Source: an uncultured Gammaproteobacteria bacterium (GTDB taxonomy: Bacteria; Pseudomonadota; Gammaproteobacteria; Steroidobacterales; Steroidobacteraceae). From it: a stretch of 64,000 nt of DNA. Of the stretch, positions 1-8,959 are shown piece by piece; positions within the stretch are counted from its first letter, which is position 1; the number at the start of each line of letters is the position of its first letter. The position numbers and the translations under genes were made by a program. The notes under the pieces were generated by a model, which was given only the letters and a program-made list of their open reading frames with translations, ran no database searches and was not told the origin of the DNA. Location: the NCBI GenBank assembly GCA_963695085.1, contig CAVOFV010000001.1, positions 337,028 through 401,027 of the forward strand, given 5' to 3'.

Positions 1-2
1 AC

Positions 3-59
3 GGCACTTTGGTGAAGGTCGTGAACGCCGAGAACGTCAAGGCGGCGGCTGCGGGCTGA
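3..59 (+). CDS. 3' end of a gene truncated by the left window edge; by position possibly the periplasmic adaptor of the downstream RND pumps
   Basis: Open frame ...GTLVKVVNAENVKAAAAG-stop (TGA 57-59), 69 nt upstream of the first RND permease. The function is positional inference only. Confidence 0.3.
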   Translation, partial: GTLVKVVNAENVKAAAAG

Positions 60-128
60 TTCCGGGAGGCCCGCGGATCGCCCCTTCCCTTCACGCCTGT
101 CCAGGCAGACGGAAGGAACCTACACGTC

Positions 129-3100
129 ATGAAGATCGTTGATTTTGCAACCCGGCGGCGCGTAACCGTGTTCATGGTCACCGTCGCAATACTGCTGTTC
201 GGCTTCGTCTCGCTGTCGCGCCTCAAGCTGAGCCTGCTGCCCGACCTGTCTTACCCGACCCTCACCGTGCGCACCGACCTGACCGGCGCGGCGCCGCTGG
301 AACTCGAGACCCTGGTCACCCGCCCGATCGAGGAAGCGGTCGGCATCATCCGCAACGTGGGCCAGGTCCGCTCGGTGTCCCGGTCCGGGCAATCGGACGT
401 CATCCTCGAATTCGCCTGGGGGACCGACATGGACCTCGCGGGCATCGACGTGCGCGAGAAACTCGACCTGCTGCAACTGCCGATCGAGGCCAGCCGGCCG
501 ATCCTGCTGCGCTTCGACCCCTCGAGCGAGCCGGCGCTGCGGCTCGCGTTCATCGACCGCGAGCCCGGCGACGGCGTCGAGCGGTCCTCCGCGCAGGCCG
601 CCGAGGACCGCCTCAAGTTCCTGCGCCGCTTCGCGGATGACCAGCTCAAGCCGGATCTCGAGTCGGTCGAGGGCTCGGCCGCCGTGAAGGTGAGCGGCGG
701 CTTCGAGGAGGAGATCCAGGTCTACATCGACCAGGACAAGCTCGCCTCCCTTGGCATCCCCATCGAGACCGTGTCACGGCGCATCGGCGAGGAAAACGTC
801 AACCTGTCCGGGGGCCGGCTCGAGCAGGGTTCGCAACGCTACCTGGTGCGCACGCTGAACGAGTTCGGCTCGGTGCAGGAGATGGCGGACTCGATCGTGA
901 CGATCGTAGAGGGCCGGCCGGTGTACCTGCGCGACGTGGCCAGGGTGGTGCGGGGCTACAAGGATCGCGAGGCGATCACCCGCGTCAACGGACGCGAGTC
1001 GGTGGAGCTGGCGGTGTACAAGGAGGGCGACGCGAACACGGTGCAGCTCGCGAACGGTATCCGTGAGCGGCTCAAGCCGATCAATGAGTCGCTGCCGCCT
1101 GGCAGCGAGCTCAAGGTCGTCTACGACCAGTCGCGGTTCATCTCCTCGGCGATCGGCGAGGTGCGCCAGGCAGCGCTGATCGGCGGTCTGCTGGCGATCC
1201 TGGTGCTGTACCTGTTCCTGCGCGACGCGCGCGCCACGATGATCACCGGTATCGCGATCCCGGTGTCGGTCATCGGTACCTTCGTGCTGATGTACTCCTT
1301 CGACCTGTCCCTCAACATCATGTCGCTCGGCGGCATCGCGCTGGCGGTCGGCATGCTCGTCGACAATGCCGTGGTGGTCCTGGAGAGCATCGTGCGGCGC
1401 CGCGAGCAGGGCCTGTCGCGCACCGAAGCGGCTCGCGAGGGAACCAAGGAGGTTGCGACCGCGGTGACCGCCGCGACGCTGACCTCGATCGCCGTCTTCT
1501 TCCCGATGGTGTTCATCAGCGGCGTGGCGGGCCAGCTGTTCAAGGACCAGGCGCTGACCGTCACCTTCGCGCTGATCTTCTCGCTGGTCATCGCCATCAC
1601 GCTGGTGCCGATGCTCGCGGCCGGCGGGGATCCGCCGGCGGCCTCGGACCACGCCATGACCCACAAGCCACCCAGCCGCGTCGGCCGCGGCCTGGCGGCG
1701 CTGATCCGGCTGATGCGCCGGGCCGTGCGCGCCGTGAGCAACGGCTTTGCATGGGCGCTGTCGCCGGGCGTGCGCGCCACCCAATGGGCCTATCGCGGCA
1801 TTGAGGGCGTCTACACGCCTGGCATCCGCTGGGCGCTCGAGCACCGCGGCCGGGTCGTGGCGCTGTCGCTCGGCGTGCTCGCCCTGACCGCGATGCTGGT
1901 GCCGTGGCTCGGCACCGAGCTCATCCCGCAGCTCGCGCAGGGTGAATTCATCGCCGACCTGCGCATGCCCCCGGGCACGCCACTCGAGCAGACCGACCGC
2001 TCGATGGAGGCGGCGCAGCGCTTCACGATGGCCCAGCCGGACGTCGCGCAGTCCTACTCCGTCACCGGCACCGGCAACCGCCTAGACGCCAACCCGACCG
2101 ACGCCGGCGAGAACACGGGCCGGCTGTCGGTCACCCTGCGGGAGGGATCGAAACGCGAGGACGAGGAACGCGTCATCGGGCAGTTGCGCCGCGACTTCGA
2201 CTCGCTGGCGGGCGTGCAGTACCAGTTCAGCCGGCCAGCGCTGTTCAGCTTCGCGACCCCGCTCGAGGTCGTGGTCTCGGGCTTTGACCTGGAGCGGCTG
2301 CGGTCGGTCGCGGGACGCGTGCAGTCGAACATGGAGCAGAGCCCGCTGTTCAGTGACATCAAGTCAACCGTCGAGGCCGGCAACCCGGAGATCCAGATCC
2401 TGTTCGACCAGGACCGCGCCTCGCAGCTGGGCCTGTCGGTGCGCGAAATGGCGGATCGCGTCGTGTCGAGCGTGCGCGGTGACGTCGCGACCCGCTACAA
2501 GCTGCGCGAGCGCAACATCGATGTGCTGGTGCGCAGCGTGGACGCGCGCGCATCGTCGGTCGAGGAGATTCGTAACCTCATCGTCAACCCGCGCAGTGAC
2601 CGGCCCCTGCCGCTGTCGGCCGTGGCGGAGGTCAGGCTGGCGATCGGCCCGGCAGAGATCCGGCGAGCCGGCCAGGAACGCGTCGCGCTGGTCTCCGCCA
2701 ACCTGGCCTCCGGTGACCTGGGCACGGCGCTGGTCGAGCTGCAGCGGATCGTGGCGGAGCTGCCGGAAACGCCCGGCATCAGCGTCTACGTGAGCGGCCA
2801 GAGCGAGGAAATGAGGGACTCGTTCCGGTCGCTGCAGTTCACGCTGGTGCTGGCCATCTTCCTGGTCTACCTGGTGATGGCTTCACAGTTCGAGTCGCTG
2901 CTGCACCCGTTCGTCATCCTGCTGACCATCCCGCTGGCCCTGGCGGGCTCGGTATGGGCCATGTTCCTGACGGGCACGACCATCAACGTCGTCGCCTACA
3001 TCGGCCTGATCATGCTGGCCGGCATCGTGGTCAACCAGTCCATCGTGCTGATCGACGCGGTCAACCAGGCACGCCAGCGCGGGATGAACAAGCACGACGC

Positions 3101-3365
3101 GATCATCCACGCCGGCCAGATCCGGTTGCGCCCGATCCTGATCACCAAGCTGACCACCATCCTGGGATTGCTGCCGATGGCAATGGGGCTGGGCGAAGGC
3201 GCCGAGATCCGTCAGCCGATGGCCATCACCGTCATCGGCGGCGTCGCGATATCGAGTGTCTTCACGCTGCTCGTGATACCGGTCGTCTACTCGTTGATGG
3301 ACCGCAAGCGGTTCCAGTCGGCGGCCGCGACCGGTGCGCCCGCAACAGCTGACCAGGAAGCCTGA
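129..3365 (+). CDS. RND efflux transporter permease subunit (AcrB/MdtB-like), copy 1
   Basis: 1078 aa. The N-terminus MKIVDFATRRRVTVFMVTVAILLFG...LLPDLSYPTLTV is typical of the AcrB/HAE family. It has the two-fold 6-TM plus large periplasmic loop layout, and high GC3 coding. Confidence 0.9.
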   Translation: MKIVDFATRRRVTVFMVTVAILLFGFVSLSRLKLSLLPDLSYPTLTVRTDLTGAAPLELETLVTRPIEEAVGIIRNVGQVRSVSRSGQSDVILEFAWGTDMDLAGIDVREKLDLLQLPIEASRPILLRFDPSSEPALRLAFIDREPGDGVERSSAQAAEDRLKFLRRFADDQLKPDLESVEGSAAVKVSGGFEEEIQVYIDQDKLASLGIPIETVSRRIGEENVNLSGGRLEQGSQRYLVRTLNEFGSVQEMADSIVTIVEGRPVYLRDVARVVRGYKDREAITRVNGRESVELAVYKEGDANTVQLANGIRERLKPINESLPPGSELKVVYDQSRFISSAIGEVRQAALIGGLLAILVLYLFLRDARATMITGIAIPVSVIGTFVLMYSFDLSLNIMSLGGIALAVGMLVDNAVVVLESIVRRREQGLSRTEAAREGTKEVATAVTAATLTSIAVFFPMVFISGVAGQLFKDQALTVTFALIFSLVIAITLVPMLAAGGDPPAASDHAMTHKPPSRVGRGLAALIRLMRRAVRAVSNGFAWALSPGVRATQWAYRGIEGVYTPGIRWALEHRGRVVALSLGVLALTAMLVPWLGTELIPQLAQGEFIADLRMPPGTPLEQTDRSMEAAQRFTMAQPDVAQSYSVTGTGNRLDANPTDAGENTGRLSVTLREGSKREDEERVIGQLRRDFDSLAGVQYQFSRPALFSFATPLEVVVSGFDLERLRSVAGRVQSNMEQSPLFSDIKSTVEAGNPEIQILFDQDRASQLGLSVREMADRVVSSVRGDVATRYKLRERNIDVLVRSVDARASSVEEIRNLIVNPRSDRPLPLSAVAEVRLAIGPAEIRRAGQERVALVSANLASGDLGTALVELQRIVAELPETPGISVYVSGQSEEMRDSFRSLQFTLVLAIFLVYLVMASQFESLLHPFVILLTIPLALAGSVWAMFLTGTTINVVAYIGLIMLAGIVVNQSIVLIDAVNQARQRGMNKHDAIIHAGQIRLRPILITKLTTILGLLPMAMGLGEGAEIRQPMAITVIGGVAISSVFTLLVIPVVYSLMDRKRFQSAAATGAPATADQEA

Positions 3366-3368
3366 GCC

Positions 3369-6300
3369 ATGCTGCACACCAGTTTCGCACTACGCCGCCC
3401 GGTCACCACGCTCATGACCTTCGTGGCCGTGTCGCTGGTCGGCATCATCTCGGCGTGGCTGCTGCCACTCGAGATGTTTCCGGACATCCGCTTCCCGGGC
3501 CTGCAGGTGCGGATACCCTACGACGGCTCGACCCCGGAGGAAGTAGAGCGACTGATCGCCCGGCCGGCCGAGGAAGCGCTGGCGACGTTGTCCGGCATCC
3601 AGGAAATGCGCTCGACCTCGTCCGAGACGGGCGCCGAACTGATCGTGCTGTTTGACTGGGACCGCGACCCGTCGGCGATCGCCTTCGAGGTGCGCACCAA
3701 GCTCGAGTCGATCCGGCACCAGTTCCCGCCGACCGCGAACCGCATCATCACCAACATGTTCGCCGCCGGTGACGACCGCGTCGTGGTCGTGCGCATCTCC
3801 GGGCAGCAGGACCTGTCGCGCAAGTACGAGATGCTGGACCGCTACCTGAAGCAACCGATCGAGCGGCTCGACGGCGTGGCCCGCGTGAGCCTCGAGGGCG
3901 TCGAGCCACTCGAGTTGCGCATTCTCGTGGACCCCGTGCGCCTGGCCGCGCACAAGGTCAACGTGCGGACGCTGCGCCAGGTGCTGGAGAACGCCAACTT
4001 CTCGGTGAGCGCAGGCGAGATCACCGCCGGCAGCCAGCGATTGTCGGTGCGGCCGATCGGCGAGTTCCGCACGCTCGACGACGTCCGCAATTTTCTCATC
4101 CAGGGCAACCTGCGGCTCGGCGACATCGCCGACGTACGCCTGGTCACTCCCGACCTGCAGGTCGGCCGTCACCTGAACGGCCGGCCGGGGGTCGGGCTGG
4201 ACGTCTTCAAGTCCACCGGCGCCAATATCGTCGAGGTCGCCGACCGCGTCATGGCCGAGGTCGAGAAAGCCCGCGCCCTGCCCGAACTGCAGGGGATCGA
4301 CATCCTGGTGCTGCTCGACCAGGCCGAGGGCATCCGTTCCTCGCTGACCGAGCTGCGCAACTCCGGCCTGATCGGCGGCGCGTTGGCGCTGGTCGTGCTG
4401 TTCCTGTTCCTGCGTGACTGGCCGACCACCCTGATCGTCAGCCTGGCCGTGCCGTTCTCGCTGGTCGTGACGCTGGCGGCGATGTTCTTCCTGGGCCTGT
4501 CGCTGAACATCCTGACCATGATGGGCATGATGCTGGCGATCGGACTGCTGGTGGACAATGCGGTCGTCACGACCGAGAGCATCTTCCGCCATCGACAGCT
4601 GGCGCCCGGCGAGCCGATCGCGGCGACGCTGTCCGGCGTCAGCGAAGTCGGCATGGCCGTGCTGGCCGGCACGCTGTCCACCGTGATCGTGTTCCTGCCG
4701 ATCGTGTTCGGCGAGAAGAACCAGATGTCCCTGTTCATGGTCCACGTCGCCGTGCCGATCGTGGTCGCCATGATCGCGTCGCTGCTGGTCGCCCAGACCA
4801 TCATTCCCACTTTGACCGCGCGCTTTCCGGCGCCGCCGCCGATCAAGGCGGACTCGCGCTTCGGCCGGCTGCAGGAACGCTATGTCCGGATGCTCGCCTG
4901 GGTGATCCACCACCCGGCCAAGACGGCCATCCTGGTCGTCGTGACCGTGCTGTCGCCGATCCCGTTGTTCGCGGGCAAGCTGCTCAAGGTAGACATGTTC
5001 CCGCAGGACGCCTCGGACCGCCTGCAGCTGGTCTACCACATCGAGGGCAGCTTTCCGCTGGAACGGGTCGAGCGCAGCGTCGACCGCGTCGAGGCGTACC
5101 TGGAGCAGAACAAGGAACGCTTCGGCATCGAACTCGTCTACAGCTACTTCACGCCCGACCAGGCCGCCTCGGTCATCAAGCTCAAGCCGCGCGATGAACT
5201 GCCGATGACCGCCCGCGAGTTGATGGTCGAAATCGAGAAAGGGATACCTGAAATCATCATCGGCAAACCGAGCTTCCGCTTTGAGGACAACCAGGGCGGC
5301 GGCGCCGGTTTCAGCTTGCGGCTGTCAGGCGAATCGACCGAACGGCTGATCGAACTGTCCCGTGACGTCGTCAGCAGGCTGTCGCAGGTCGAGGGTTTCG
5401 ACTCGGTGCGTTCGACGGCACAGTCCGGCGAGCAGGAAGTGCAGGTGCACGTCGACCGGGCCCGCGCTGCGCAGCTGGGCCTGTCGGCGCAGATCGTCGC
5501 GCAGACGGTGGCGGGGGCGATGCGCGGCGACCGGCTCAAGGAGTTCCGCTCGGACGAGCGCGAGGTGGAGATGCGGCTCGCATTCAGGCCCGACGACCGG
5601 CAATCGATCGCCGACCTCGCGGCGACGCCCCTGTTCCTGCCGAACGGCGAGCGCAGCACGCTCGGATCGGTGGCGACCTTCCGGATCGAGAAGACCGAAA
5701 GGACCATCGAGCGCTTCGACCGGCTGACCGCCATCAACATCGAGGGCATCGTCTCGAAGGACTCTTCGCTGCAGGAGGTGCGCAAGCGCACCGAAGCGAT
5801 GATGAAGGACTACCAGTTGCCGCCGGGCTATTCCTGGCAGTTCGGCAAGGGGGTCGATGACGACCAGGAGGCGATGCAGGACATGCTGGTCAACATCCTC
5901 CTGGCCATCGTGCTGATATTCCTCGTCATGTCCTCGCTGTTCGAATCCGCGCTGTACCCGGTGTCGATCGTGACCTCGATTGTGTTCGCCGTGGTCGGCG
6001 TGTTCTGGGGCCTGACCCTGACCGGGACGCCGATGACATTCATGGCGATGCTTGGCATCATGATCCTGATCGGTGTGATCGTGAATATCGGCATCGTGCT
6101 GGTTGCACACATCCTCGACCTGCGGCGACAGGGTCTGTCACGCGACGCTGCCATTCTGCAGGCTGCCAGCGACCGGTTGCGGCCGATCCTCATGACCACG
6201 CTGACGACATTGCTCGCGATGCTGCCGCTGGCGCTCGGCGACGCGCAGATTGGCGGAGGGGGACCGGCCTACTTTCCGATGGCGCGGGCGCTCATATCCG

Positions 6301-6440
6301 GCCTCACTTTTGGCGCAGTGACCTCGCTGTTCTTCGTGCCGGCGTTCTATGTCTGGCTGGACAACTTCACGGCCTGGCGCCAACGCCTGTCAGCCGCCAC
6401 CCGGCCCGAGCCCGTGGCCGCGTCCGCGGGCACAAGGTGA
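3369..6440 (+). CDS. RND efflux transporter permease subunit (MdtC-like), copy 2
   Basis: 1023 aa, starting 3 nt after the stop of copy 1. The N-terminus LRRPVTTLMTFVAVSLVGI...FPDIRFPGLQVRIPY and the hydrophobic blocks are typical of RND permeases. Confidence 0.9.
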   Translation: MLHTSFALRRPVTTLMTFVAVSLVGIISAWLLPLEMFPDIRFPGLQVRIPYDGSTPEEVERLIARPAEEALATLSGIQEMRSTSSETGAELIVLFDWDRDPSAIAFEVRTKLESIRHQFPPTANRIITNMFAAGDDRVVVVRISGQQDLSRKYEMLDRYLKQPIERLDGVARVSLEGVEPLELRILVDPVRLAAHKVNVRTLRQVLENANFSVSAGEITAGSQRLSVRPIGEFRTLDDVRNFLIQGNLRLGDIADVRLVTPDLQVGRHLNGRPGVGLDVFKSTGANIVEVADRVMAEVEKARALPELQGIDILVLLDQAEGIRSSLTELRNSGLIGGALALVVLFLFLRDWPTTLIVSLAVPFSLVVTLAAMFFLGLSLNILTMMGMMLAIGLLVDNAVVTTESIFRHRQLAPGEPIAATLSGVSEVGMAVLAGTLSTVIVFLPIVFGEKNQMSLFMVHVAVPIVVAMIASLLVAQTIIPTLTARFPAPPPIKADSRFGRLQERYVRMLAWVIHHPAKTAILVVVTVLSPIPLFAGKLLKVDMFPQDASDRLQLVYHIEGSFPLERVERSVDRVEAYLEQNKERFGIELVYSYFTPDQAASVIKLKPRDELPMTARELMVEIEKGIPEIIIGKPSFRFEDNQGGGAGFSLRLSGESTERLIELSRDVVSRLSQVEGFDSVRSTAQSGEQEVQVHVDRARAAQLGLSAQIVAQTVAGAMRGDRLKEFRSDEREVEMRLAFRPDDRQSIADLAATPLFLPNGERSTLGSVATFRIEKTERTIERFDRLTAINIEGIVSKDSSLQEVRKRTEAMMKDYQLPPGYSWQFGKGVDDDQEAMQDMLVNILLAIVLIFLVMSSLFESALYPVSIVTSIVFAVVGVFWGLTLTGTPMTFMAMLGIMILIGVIVNIGIVLVAHILDLRRQGLSRDAAILQAASDRLRPILMTTLTTLLAMLPLALGDAQIGGGGPAYFPMARALISGLTFGAVTSLFFVPAFYVWLDNFTAWRQRLSAATRPEPVAASAGTR

Positions 6441-6441
6441 T

Positions 6442-7467
6442 TCAGCGCTGAAGTGTCTTGTAGACGTCCCAGTAGTCGTCGATCAGGACATTGCCGCCGC
6501 GGTCACCGGGCGTGGCCGGCGGCACGGAGGACGGTGTCGGCACGACGTCCTGCGTCGCGCGCCAGGACACGCTCGCCTTGAGCCGTTCGGTCGCGGCGCG
6601 GATCTCCGGCGCAATCCCCTGCTGGGAACTGACCATGGCGATGGCCTGCGCCACCTCATCGAGCCGGGCCAGGCAATCCTCGCGCGAGCCGTGCCTGGCC
6701 TCCTGGACGCGGCGATGGTTGGCAAGACGCGCCTCGGCCGCGAGACCGGATGATCCGAGCCGTGCGCACAGCACTTGTGCGTAGGCGATCACCGCGAGGT
6801 TGATCATGCGGCGTCCCTCGATGGAAACGCCCGGAAATTCCGGCAAGGGCTCTTTCTGGATCGTGCGCTGCGCTTCACGCAAGTCCGCAAGGTGCTGTTC
6901 GGCCTGCGCAATCCGCCCACGCTGGGCTTCCAGTTCGAAGGCCAGGTCGCGCCGGCGGAAGTAGTTCCAGAATCCCCGCATCCTGAGCAGCCGCTGCTCG
7001 CTGTCCGCCAGCCGGAGCCGTTCGCTCTCCGCAACGCTCTGCGCCTCGCCGAGCCGTTCTTCGGCAAGTCTCAGGCGCTCCTGCTGGTCCTGCTGGAATT
7101 CCGCCAGTTGCTTCTTCCGCTCGCGTTCCTGCCGCTGGCGGCGCAGGTCGCCGGCAAACTTCTCGAGCTGGAGGCGGCACTCCCGCCACAGGTTCCTGAG
7201 CCCGAAGTGCACGAGCGCGTCGAAGCCCCGCTCCGGCTTGCCCAGCAGAACCTCCAGTTCCTCCATCTGTTCCTGCAGCCGGTTGTTGGCGCCTTCCTGC
7301 TGTTTGACGCGGTTACGCAGCCCGTGCGCCTGGTCGTCGAGCCCTTGCAGCTCCTTCTTCAGCTCCGCGCGGTTCCAGAACAGCTTCAGCAGCCGCTCGT
7401 CCTCGGCGGTGTCGTTGCGCGTCAGCGCCGGCAGCTTCAGCCCGACCAGTTTTTCGCGGAAGTTCAT
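6442..7467 (-). CDS. Hypothetical coiled-coil protein (about 341 aa)
   Basis: ATG at 7467 (MNFREKLVGLK...), 28 nt downstream of the DUF1249 stop. Third-position GC is high throughout. The N-terminal ~190 aa is a Q/E/R/L heptad-rich region. I recognise no family motif. Confidence 0.7.
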   Translation of the reverse strand: MNFREKLVGLKLPALTRNDTAEDERLLKLFWNRAELKKELQGLDDQAHGLRNRVKQQEGANNRLQEQMEELEVLLGKPERGFDALVHFGLRNLWRECRLQLEKFAGDLRRQRQERERKKQLAEFQQDQQERLRLAEERLGEAQSVAESERLRLADSEQRLLRMRGFWNYFRRRDLAFELEAQRGRIAQAEQHLADLREAQRTIQKEPLPEFPGVSIEGRRMINLAVIAYAQVLCARLGSSGLAAEARLANHRRVQEARHGSREDCLARLDEVAQAIAMVSSQQGIAPEIRAATERLKASVSWRATQDVVPTPSSVPPATPGDRGGNVLIDDYWDVYKTLQR

Positions 7468-7495
7468 CGCGCCGAACCGCCGCGCCCCGCCGCGC

Positions 7496-7957
7496 TCACG
7501 CCGACGCCGCTGCGAAGCGGTGGCCGCGCCCGGCGCAGTACTCGAGCCATTTGTTGAGCAGGACGTTGCGCGACCAGGGGCCGTGAGCGCCGCGGCCGAG
7601 CTGCGACTCCGCACGGCCCAACACCGGGTGGTGGGTGACCCCGCCGATCGCGGTCGCCTCGGCGAGTCGCGCGTCGTGGTATAGCCTGACCTGCAGACCC
7701 GGCACGCGCTGCTCGCCGCTGCCCTTTTCGAACAGGTAGGACAGCGTCAGCGTCGTCGTGTAGCGCGCGCGCCCCATGATGGTCAGTTCCAGGGGGCAAT
7801 CACCGACGATGCGCGACACGATCCTTCCCGCCATGCGGGACGCGTCGGGGGCGAGCCAGCCGAAGCGGATGTAGTTGCTTTCGTACAGCGTCATGAGGCT
7901 GACGAAGGACCGCGGCCGGGCACGCCAGGAAATCGCGCACAGGTCATCCGAGAGCAT
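7496..7957 (-). CDS. DUF1249 (YqiB-like) protein
   Basis: Blocks RARYTTTLTLSY, VRLYHDARLAEA and NKWLEYCAGRGHRF match my recollection of E. coli YqiB (TRYTTLVTI, VRLYHDAMVAEV, ADWLRYCLAHG). Confidence 0.75.
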   Translation of the reverse strand: MLSDDLCAISWRARPRSFVSLMTLYESNYIRFGWLAPDASRMAGRIVSRIVGDCPLELTIMGRARYTTTLTLSYLFEKGSGEQRVPGLQVRLYHDARLAEATAIGGVTHHPVLGRAESQLGRGAHGPWSRNVLLNKWLEYCAGRGHRFAAASA

Positions 7958-8039
7958 GATTTGACTATATCATGGGGTCGCGGCGCTCCGGCCCCCCTGG
8001 GATGTGGCCGACGTCACGGATTCCGAATGCCCGCTGCAC

Positions 8040-8867
8040 TCAGGGACGGGTGCGCCGTTCGATCGCCATGCGCTCGAGGATGCGGCTGGAAATCTCCTCG
8101 ATCGAGCAGTCCGCCGTATCGAGATGCGGGATGCCGTAACGATCGAGCAGGCGCTCGGCCTCGCGCACCTCGAAGGTGCACTGCGGCATCGAGGCGTACT
8201 TGCTGTCCGGGCGCCGCTCGTGGCGGATCTGCTGCAGGCGGTCGGGCCGGATGGTCAGCCCGAACAGCTTGTCGCGATGCGGCTCGACCGAATCCGGCAG
8301 GCGCGCCCGCTCGAGGTCGTCTTCGGTGAGCGGGAAATTGGCTGCGTAAATGCCGTATTGCAGGGCCATGTACAGGCAGGTAGGAGTCTTGCCGGACCTC
8401 GATACGCCGACCAGGATGACGTCAGCACGGTCGTAGTCCCGGGTCTGGGTGCCGTCGTCGTTGGCCAGCGCGAAGTTGGTCGCGTTGATGCGCGCGGTGT
8501 AGGCGTCCAGGTCCTTCATGCCATGCGCGCGGCCGGCGGCGTGCGAAGAAGCCTGATTGAGTTCCTGCTCCATCGGCCCGAGGAAGGCGTCGAAGAAATC
8601 GAGGTACAGGCAGTTGGCGTACTTGACGATGCCGCGGATCTCGTCGTTGACGAGCGTCGAGAAGACAATCGGTCGCGCGCCGTCCTCGATGGCGACCGCA
8701 TTGACCTTGCCGACCGCTTCATGCGCCTTGTCAACCGTGGAGATGAATGGCAGAGTCACTGGCCTGAAGTCCGGGCCGTCGAATTGCGTCAGCAGGCTGT
8801 GTCCCATGGTCTCGGCCGTTACGCCGGTCTGGTCGGACACGAAGAACACGGTTCTCTTCTTGTTCAC
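8040..8867 (-). CDS. ppsR: Phosphoenolpyruvate synthase regulatory protein (pyruvate, water dikinase regulatory kinase/phosphorylase)
   Basis: [27 protein letters not shown]-terminus and [16 protein letters not shown]-loop. Divergent from ppsA. The GTG start at 8867 was chosen; the ORF is open to 8915. Confidence 0.9.
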   Translation of the reverse strand: MNKKRTVFFVSDQTGVTAETMGHSLLTQFDGPDFRPVTLPFISTVDKAHEAVGKVNAVAIEDGARPIVFSTLVNDEIRGIVKYANCLYLDFFDAFLGPMEQELNQASSHAAGRAHGMKDLDAYTARINATNFALANDDGTQTRDYDRADVILVGVSRSGKTPTCLYMALQYGIYAANFPLTEDDLERARLPDSVEPHRDKLFGLTIRPDRLQQIRHERRPDSKYASMPQCTFEVREAERLLDRYGIPHLDTADCSIEEISSRILERMAIERRTRP

Positions 8868-8959
8868 GCGCGGGCTCCAGCCTGCTGTGTGGAAGCGCCC
8901 GGCCAGGGGCGCCAACCGGCTGCGATCCTAACAGGAACGAACCGCAGCGAGGGCCTGCC

